Part shown: piece by piece, positions 58,169 to 64,000 of the stretch
Layout of the letters: the number at the start of each line of letters is the position of its first letter
Numbering within the stretch: position 1 is the stretch's first letter
DNA from: an uncultured Clostridia bacterium
GTDB lineage: Bacteria; Bacillota; Clostridia; TANB77; CAG-465
Direction of reading: 5' to 3'
NCBI GenBank assembly: GCA_944388545.1
Contig: CALXJE010000022.1
Coordinates: 3,146-67,145 of the forward strand
DNA length: 64,000 bases
Program-made: the position numbers and the translations under genes
The notes under the pieces: generated by a model
The model's input: only the letters and a program-made list of their open reading frames with translations
The model's database searches: none
Told to the model about the DNA's origin: nothing

Positions 58169-59251
58169 GTGAATGAAGATAAAATATACATGGTAAGAAA
58201 AATATTTGTAATGCTCACATGTATATTAGTATTTGTTACTTTAGGACTTGTTGTAATAAAATTTCAAACTAAAGATATAACAATTGATTATTATGGGAAA
58301 ATAGAAAATATTAAAACCATGTCAAACACAGTTGAAGGATTGCTTATGCAAAACAAAATTCATATAGATGAAAAGGCTATTGTTACTCCAGGAATGGATA
58401 ATAGACTTAAAGACGATATGGTAATAAGAATATATTCAGAAGATGAAGATGTGGCATATCTTGATAAAAATGCATATTATGAAATGGCAAGCGAAAATAT
58501 TGTAGAAAAAATAGTAGAAGAAATACAGTATATTGATTATGCAAAGCAGGAAAAAAGTAATGCATCTATGACAAGAGGTACTACTAAAGTAGTTCAACAA
58601 GGGCAACAAGGTGAGAAGGTATCAACTTATGTTGTAAAATACGAAAACGAAAAAGAAGTAGCAAGAAAATTAATTAATGAAGAGATTTCAAAAGAAGCTG
58701 TACCTCAAATAATTGATGTAGGAACAGCTATTCCAACTGTTTCTAGATCAAATACGTCAAGAGTTAATTCTAACGATTTAGTTGCAAAAGCAGGTTTTAA
58801 ACAATATAATATAAAATTAAGTAAAGAATTACAAATATATGCATATAATATGGCTTCAAAATATGGGGTGCAATATGAATTGTTTTTAGCTATGATGTAT
58901 GTAGAAAGCGGATTTCAGCCAAACAAAATAAGTTCAACTAACGATTATGGCCTATGTCAAATAAACAAAGGTAATCATGCGTATTTAACAAGGCAGTTAG
59001 GAGTTACTAATTTCTTAGATCCTTATCAAAATATTCAAGCAGGAGCCTTTTTCTTAGCAAGATATTTTAAATCATGGGGAAAATCAGTATCAGATAGATC
59101 AACATTAGAACTTCATGCATTGAATTCGTATAACAGAGGAGATGGAAGTTATAAAAAATATTTGGCAAATGGAAACACAGCAACATCTTGGTATTACGGC
59201 AAAAAGGTAGTAGCTGCTAGAAACAAACTATTATCAGCTGGACATTTTTAA
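58169..59251 (+). CDS. Membrane-anchored G5-domain protein with C-terminal lytic transglycosylase (SLT) domain (YabE/Rpf-like position)
   Basis: GTG start with an AGGAGG RBS, then a TM helix. G5-like segment TRGTTKVVQQGQQGEKVSTYVVKYENEKEV and SLT catalytic MMYVESGFQP...DYGLCQIN. Confidence 0.75.
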   Translation: MNEDKIYMVRKIFVMLTCILVFVTLGLVVIKFQTKDITIDYYGKIENIKTMSNTVEGLLMQNKIHIDEKAIVTPGMDNRLKDDMVIRIYSEDEDVAYLDKNAYYEMASENIVEKIVEEIQYIDYAKQEKSNASMTRGTTKVVQQGQQGEKVSTYVVKYENEKEVARKLINEEISKEAVPQIIDVGTAIPTVSRSNTSRVNSNDLVAKAGFKQYNIKLSKELQIYAYNMASKYGVQYELFLAMMYVESGFQPNKISSTNDYGLCQINKGNHAYLTRQLGVTNFLDPYQNIQAGAFFLARYFKSWGKSVSDRSTLELHALNSYNRGDGSYKKYLANGNTATSWYYGKKVVAARNKLLSAGHF

Positions 59252-59323
59252 TTTTAATAATTAGATATTTATGAGCATTGTGATTTAATCATAATGCTTT
59301 TAATATTATAAAGGAAGGTAAAG

Positions 59324-60175
59324 ATGAATTTAAAAGAAAAAACTAATAATATGTTAAACTTTTATGGTATTAGAGCTAAAAAGAAATTTGGTCAAAATTT
59401 TTTAGTAGATGAAAATATTATTGATAAAACTATTGAAATGTCTGATATACATTCAGATGATGTAATAATTGAAATAGGTCCAGGACTTGGAAACTTGACA
59501 GAAAAATTGTTAGACAAATCGGAATTAGTGATTGCGTTTGAGATTGATGAAGATATGATAAATATTTTAGAAGATAGATTTAAAAATAGAAATAATTTTA
59601 TCTTAATAAATAAGGATATTTTAAAAGTCAATATAAATGATATACTAAAACAAAATAACATTAGTTTAGATAGTGTAAAGTTAATTGCTAATTTGCCTTA
59701 CTACATAACAACGCCAATCATGTTCAAAATTTTTGAGGAGTCTTGCTATATAAAAAGTATGACTATAATGGTTCAAAAGGAAGTAGCAGATAGAATAATA
59801 TCAAAGCCTAAGAGCAAAGATTATGGAATGCTAACGATTAATACAGAATACTATGGAGAAGCTATTAAACTATTTGATGTGCCTAATACTTCATTTTTGC
59901 CATCCCCAAAGGTTACATCATCTATTATTAAAATATGTTTAGTAAAACGATATGATGCAAAAAACGAAGAAATATTTTTTAAACTTATAAAAGCTTCTTT
60001 TGCTCAAAGAAGAAAGAAACTAATTAATTCTATTGAAAATAGTAATGTTTTAAGTATTAAAAAAGAGGATTTAAAGAAAATACTAGATAAAAATAATATA
60101 CCAGATACAGCTAGAGCAGAGGAATTAACAATTAAGCAGTATATTAACATAGCTAATGAAATAGCTGGAATATAA
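59324..60175 (+). CDS. rsmA: 16S rRNA (adenine1518/1519-N6)-dimethyltransferase RsmA/KsgA
   Basis: KKFGQNFL, EIGPGLGNLT and NLPYYITTP motifs. Confidence 0.95.
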   Translation: MNLKEKTNNMLNFYGIRAKKKFGQNFLVDENIIDKTIEMSDIHSDDVIIEIGPGLGNLTEKLLDKSELVIAFEIDEDMINILEDRFKNRNNFILINKDILKVNINDILKQNNISLDSVKLIANLPYYITTPIMFKIFEESCYIKSMTIMVQKEVADRIISKPKSKDYGMLTINTEYYGEAIKLFDVPNTSFLPSPKVTSSIIKICLVKRYDAKNEEIFFKLIKASFAQRRKKLINSIENSNVLSIKKEDLKKILDKNNIPDTARAEELTIKQYINIANEIAGI

Positions 60176-60187
60176 TAATAAGAGGAG

Positions 60188-61249
60188 TTAGTCTCCTCTT
60201 ATTTCTGATATTGCAGCTAAATGTTCATCATATGTTTTACTAAATACATGTTTTCCGTCATTTCCTAAAACAAAGAATAAATAATCTGTTGTTGCTGGAT
60301 ATAAAGTAGCTTTTATTGATTCTAGTCCAGGTGATGCTATTGGATTTGGCGGTAATCCAGGATTTTTATATGTATTATATGGACTATCTATTTTAGTGTC
60401 TTCATTTGATAATACAGGCTTTCTTTCTTTTAAAATATATTGAACTGTTGCACAAGATTCTAGGTAAGGATATGTTTCGCTGTTTAGCCTATTATAAAAG
60501 ACAGATGCAACAATATCTCTTTCAGTATCATTTGCAGCTTCTCGTTCTACAATTGAAGCAAGTGTTATTATTTCATGAACTGACATGTTTAGTTCATTAC
60601 ATCTTGATTTCATATCTTCAGAAAAAATAGAATCAAACTTGTCTAACATCTGTTTTAATACGGTTTCTTCAGAAGCATCTTTTGAGAATGTATAAGTGGC
60701 AGGGAATAAATATCCTTCCAAATAAACTTCTGATTTATCTAGATCTTGTAAAAACCAATAATCAAAAGTAGAATTTAGTATTGTGTTTTTAAAGCCTTCT
60801 TCAGTTCCAATTCCATTTTTAACACATAATTCTATTATTTGTCTTAGTTCATATCCTTCAGGAACAGTTATTTTTACAGAGTTAGTAGGATCACCTACTT
60901 GTTGAAGGGCTTCGCTAATTTCTTCATATGACATATTAACATTTAGATAAAATACACCATATTTATATTTGTTACTATTACCTTCTCTAGTTGCAAATTC
61001 TATAAATTTATTAGGGTATTTTATTATTCCGTTTTCATTTAATATGTTTGCTATTTCAGATAAATACGCTCCTTCAGGAATTTCTATTTGTATTTCTTTA
61101 GCATTTTCAATTTTTTTTGTTTTGTAATGATCATTTTCTATATCTTTATTTTTAATTATTATAAATATAGTAATAAATGATATAATAATTATTAATGCTA
61201 TTGGAATTATTATATACATAGGTTTAATATCTTTATTAAATATTTTCAT
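60188..61249 (-). CDS. mltG: Endolytic murein transglycosylase MltG (YceG-like)
   Basis: N-terminal TM, ASIVEREA catalytic region and PYNTYKNPGLPPNPIASPG. The second ATG (61249) has AAGGAG 6 nt upstream. Confidence 0.9.
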   Translation of the reverse strand: MKIFNKDIKPMYIIIPIALIIIISFITIFIIIKNKDIENDHYKTKKIENAKEIQIEIPEGAYLSEIANILNENGIIKYPNKFIEFATREGNSNKYKYGVFYLNVNMSYEEISEALQQVGDPTNSVKITVPEGYELRQIIELCVKNGIGTEEGFKNTILNSTFDYWFLQDLDKSEVYLEGYLFPATYTFSKDASEETVLKQMLDKFDSIFSEDMKSRCNELNMSVHEIITLASIVEREAANDTERDIVASVFYNRLNSETYPYLESCATVQYILKERKPVLSNEDTKIDSPYNTYKNPGLPPNPIASPGLESIKATLYPATTDYLFFVLGNDGKHVFSKTYDEHLAAISEIRGD

Positions 61250-61442
61250 AAATTTCTCCTTCATTTTCTAATATAAATATTATCATATTAGAAAATAAAA
61301 AACAATAGAATAAAAAAAGGAATATTTAAAAACAATGATATACATAATAAATTAATCAAAATTAATCAAAAGTTTACAAAAAAGTTTAAAAAGACTTGAC
61401 ATATTAGTGTAAATATTGTAAACTATTATGGCGATATGTTAA

Positions 61443-61518
61443 GGGCTATTAGCTCAGTTGGCAGAGCACTTGACTTTTAATCAAGTTGTCCCGCGTTCGA
61501 ATCGCGGATAGCTCACCA
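61443..61518 (+). tRNA. tRNA-Lys (anticodon UUU)
   Basis: Acceptor GGGCTAT/ATAGCTC, anticodon loop CTTTTAA, T-loop GTTCGAATC, CCA. Confidence 0.95.
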
Positions 61519-61522
61519 TGAT

Positions 61523-61597
61523 GGCCCGTTGGTCAATCGGTTAAGACATCGCCCTTTCACGGCGGAGTGAGGAGTTCGACTCTCCTACGGGTCACCA
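61523..61597 (+). tRNA. tRNA-Glu (anticodon UUC)
   Basis: Acceptor GGCCCGT/ACGGGTC, anticodon loop CTTTCAC, T-loop GTTCGACTC, CCA. Confidence 0.93.
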
Positions 61598-61603
61598 TAT
61601 CGT

Positions 61604-61679
61604 GCTGGAGTAGCTCAGCTGGTAGAGCAGCTGACTTGTAATCAGCAGGTCGTCAGTTCAATTCTGACCTTCAGCTCCA
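61604..61679 (+). tRNA. tRNA-Thr (anticodon UGU)
   Basis: Acceptor GCTGGAG/CTTCAGC, anticodon loop CTTGTAA, T-loop GTTCAATTC, CCA. Confidence 0.95.
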
Positions 61680-61718
61680 TAAAATTAGAAGCTTGCGGAT
61701 ATGCAGGCTTCTTTTGTT
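61632..61718 (+). repeat. Direct repeat copy 1 (attL-like): 3' 48 nt of tRNA-Thr plus its terminator
   Basis: 87 nt, identical apart from one mismatch (61697 G vs 63334 A) to 63269-63355. Confidence 0.9.
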
Positions 61719-61849
61719 TACTTTTGTCGCAAGAAAATATTCAAGCAAAAACATTGCTTAAAATACGCAAAAAGCGACAACTGACTAGACTCTTTAACTA
61801 TAATATCTATAACACAATAATGCTTACTATTTTAAATGAGGAAATTGTA

Positions 61850-61963
61850 ATGGGTAGAGTTAGAATTATTAAAGAGATAGAAACAAATAAACTATCTGAT
61901 TCATTTCAAGAATTTTTAATCTTTAAACAAGCACAGGGAATAAGTGCCGAAACAATAAAGTAG
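61850..61963 (+). pseudogene. Tyrosine recombinase/integrase N-terminal fragment
   Basis: MGRVRIIKEIETNKLSDSFQEFLIFKQAQGISAETIK then TAG TAA. The F..FL.....G.S..TIK pattern matches the SAM-like N-domain of phage integrases. No catalytic domain follows. GAGGA RBS. Confidence 0.5.
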
Positions 61964-62209
61964 TAATACAAGTGCAATTTCAAAATGTTTTTTCTTTATG
62001 TGCTGATAATCTTGATATTAACAATATAAAGCAAAGACTATTTACGTTGTCACGTAAATAGTTGATACTTAAATTTTAAAATATATAGTATATGTGTAGG
62101 GGGAGGTATCTAATTATTTCTCTAGGGATACCTCCCGAAATTTTATTAATATATATGTTTTTTGCGTGACAATGCGATAATTTATAGATTAGTTATGTAT
62201 AGCCTAAAC

Positions 62210-62923
62210 TTATTTATTATATAAATCCTTTTCAGAATAACCATAATTAGCTAAAACAAATGAACCATCAGCATTTAATTTGATTGTAGCAATAAGTTTT
62301 GCTTCTAACATATCTTGTGTATATGTATCTTTTGTTATACTTTCGCTATTTTCAAATCTTGCAGTTTCTATCATATCAATATATACTCTTAAAGTCGATT
62401 TATCAGTATATTCAGCTTTTTTTATAAATAAAGCTTTAGTTGTTCCCCAAAGAGGTTCATCATAGGCTTGTTTTTCATAAGTTATGTTTTCTACACCAAA
62501 ATATTTCTTTATTACAGGTGTTAATTCGTCAGATTGTATATATCCAGTATATTCTCTTTGAGGATTGTCATTAACATAAAATAAAAGACCTGCACTAATA
62601 AGTTGAGAATTATTAAAATTATCAGTGTAATAATCAGATGGCGTTACAAATTTAATTTTTGCTTCCAACATAGCTATAATATCAGATATTTCATCATCTT
62701 CTAGACTTATATCTAATGGATATATTATATTAGAATTGTTTGGTGTATTAGTTGTTTCTTCTTGGACTGTAATATCATTTTTTTCATTTTCTTTAATTTC
62801 ATTTGAGTTAGTCTTATTATAAGCCATATAACTTAATCCATAAGCCAAGCATACACCTACAAATAATATAAAGAAGAATATCATTAAACCTAATACTAGA
62901 TTATATTTATTATCCTTTCCCAT
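62210..62923 (-). CDS. Hypothetical membrane-anchored protein (island cargo)
   Basis: 237 aa with an N-terminal TM helix (LVLGLMIFFFILFVGVCLAYGL) and a GAGGTG RBS. Confidence 0.6.
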   Translation of the reverse strand: MGKDNKYNLVLGLMIFFFILFVGVCLAYGLSYMAYNKTNSNEIKENEKNDITVQEETTNTPNNSNIIYPLDISLEDDEISDIIAMLEAKIKFVTPSDYYTDNFNNSQLISAGLLFYVNDNPQREYTGYIQSDELTPVIKKYFGVENITYEKQAYDEPLWGTTKALFIKKAEYTDKSTLRVYIDMIETARFENSESITKDTYTQDMLEAKLIATIKLNADGSFVLANYGYSEKDLYNK

Positions 62924-63268
62924 ATATTCACCTCTTTTCTTTTATATATTTATATAATACCATAGACAAATATTTTTGCAAACAAAATGTATGTATGTTT
63001 AGCAAAAACTAACTAATTATATATTACATACTATTTTACTAGTATTTATATTAAAGATATGTAGTGTAAAATATTACATATAAAAAAGTAATAAAATGCC
63101 TATATGTCAGCGTTTACATTTTGAAAAAATACTTGCTGAATATTGAATTATGATTTTTATCGTGCTATAATACTTCAAAATAGTAGCAGATGACTATAGA
63201 TATTAATTACATAAAGAGGCGAGTAGAAGTGCTAAAAATACGTATGTGTAGTGTGTGATTTTGTAAGT

Positions 63269-63355
63269 TGACTTGTAATCAGCAGGTCGTCAGTTCAATT
63301 CTGACCTTCAGCTCCATAAAATTAGAAGCTTGCAGATATGCAGGCTTCTTTTGTT
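63269..63355 (+). repeat. Direct repeat copy 2 (attR-like): partial tRNA-Thr 3' half plus terminator
   Basis: Matches 61632-61718 at 86 of 87 positions and lacks the tRNA 5' half. Confidence 0.9.
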
Positions 63356-63402
63356 AGGTAATAAAATTGAGTTTATGAATATTATCATAAACTCAAAATT
63401 TT

Positions 63403-64000
63403 TTATGAATTTGATTGTTGTTCTGTTTTATCTGCAATATCTATTTTAAATCCTGATTCAAGTGGAGCTACAACAGAATATACAATGTTTATATTAAAAG
63501 TTTCAAAACTACTTAAATCTACTCCTATTAATGAAGACGCATTTTTATATATAAATGATGTATTAATTACATTAACATCTTTGTTATATAAATAGTCTAC
63601 AACTAAGTTACTAAATTCTACATCTAATTTTTGTGCTGTATCCATGTTATACATACTCCATAAAGATGTTTTTTCGTCTTGCAATAATAAATATTTTGCA
63701 TTTGCACTATTTAATGTTACTAGTTCAGCGGGATAAGTAAATATTCTATCTACTATTACATCACCATTTAGATTATATATTTTATTTGCAGTTGTTCCTC
63801 TTTTTTGTATTACATATCCATCTTCACTATAATCGAATTCAAAGCCTTGTTCGGTTTCAATAGATGTACCATTATCTAATATTACATATTCTAGGTCACC
63901 TTTTGTGGCCATACAGGCTTTATTTGAATCTTGTATTTGTTCTATCTTATCAAATGTAGGTTCTACAATTTGTTTGTTATTTTCATCGACAATACCATAT
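63403..64000 (-). CDS. WG-repeat (KWG-like) protein, C-terminal part (5' end beyond the window)
   Basis: The frame stays open to the window edge. Upstream of the track Met it reads YGIVDENNKQIVEPTFDKIEQIQ, typical of WG-containing repeats. Confidence 0.55.
   Translation of the reverse strand, partial: YGIVDENNKQIVEPTFDKIEQIQDSNKACMATKGDLEYVILDNGTSIETEQGFEFDYSEDGYVIQKRGTTANKIYNLNGDVIVDRIFTYPAELVTLNSANAKYLLLQDEKTSLWSMYNMDTAQKLDVEFSNLVVDYLYNKDVNVINTSFIYKNASSLIGVDLSSFETFNINIVYSVVAPLESGFKIDIADKTEQQSNS

Larger units (their letters stand above)
61719..63268. mobile_element. Remnant of a tRNA-Thr-integrated element (1.55 kb) with a truncated integrase
   Basis: Bounded by the 87-bp direct repeats. 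An integrase N-terminal fragment lies immediately after the tRNA, followed by one orphan gene. Confidence 0.6.

Noticed and set aside
61724-61849. Upstream extension (TTG start) of the integrase fragment ORF
   Set aside because: It starts inside the tRNA terminator/att repeat region and has no RBS. The internal ATG at 61850 has a GAGGA RBS and begins the integrase-like sequence.
1-64000. CRISPR arrays, rRNA operons and IS elements with inverted repeats
   Set aside because: No regularly spaced direct repeats, rRNA-like conserved stretches or transposase ORFs were seen on reading both strands. The only long repeat is the tRNA-Thr att-like duplication.

Overview
Origin-proximal 64 kb of a very AT-rich, spore-forming Firmicute (Clostridia-like; spo0E-like, spmAB, cwlD and ylbF are present). 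The left end carries gyrB<-recF<-dnaN<-oriC<-dnaA on the minus strand. oriC has 9 DnaA boxes, a perfect (TAG)6 DnaA-trio array and an AT-rich stretch. To the right, mostly on the plus strand, lie rpmH-rnpA-yidD-yidC-jag-mnmE-mnmG-rsmG, parAB, two tRNA-Ser genes, housekeeping genes, an SLH/Big_2 surface protein, an M16 peptidase pair, cwlD (frameshifted), tadA, two tRNA-Arg genes, spmAB and comEB. Further right are an rpoB-rpoC operon with no flanking ribosomal-protein genes, typA, a two-component system, a divergent adenylate-kinase paralog, dut-htpX-lemA, rsmA, mltG and a tRNA Lys-Glu-Thr cluster. The most unusual locus is a tightly coupled operon at about 25.9-33.5 kb. It places a conjugation-type VirB4 ATPase (split over three reading frames) next to a Tad-type TadZ/CpaE-CpaF-TadB module, a soluble helical protein and a CapA-like protein. 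No pilin, prepilin peptidase, relaxase, coupling protein or integrase is visible there. Downstream of tRNA-Thr, an 87-bp direct repeat brackets a 1.55-kb remnant of an integrated element with a truncated integrase. Apparent single-base frameshifts occur in yidD, the VirB4-like gene and cwlD. No rRNA genes or CRISPR arrays were seen.
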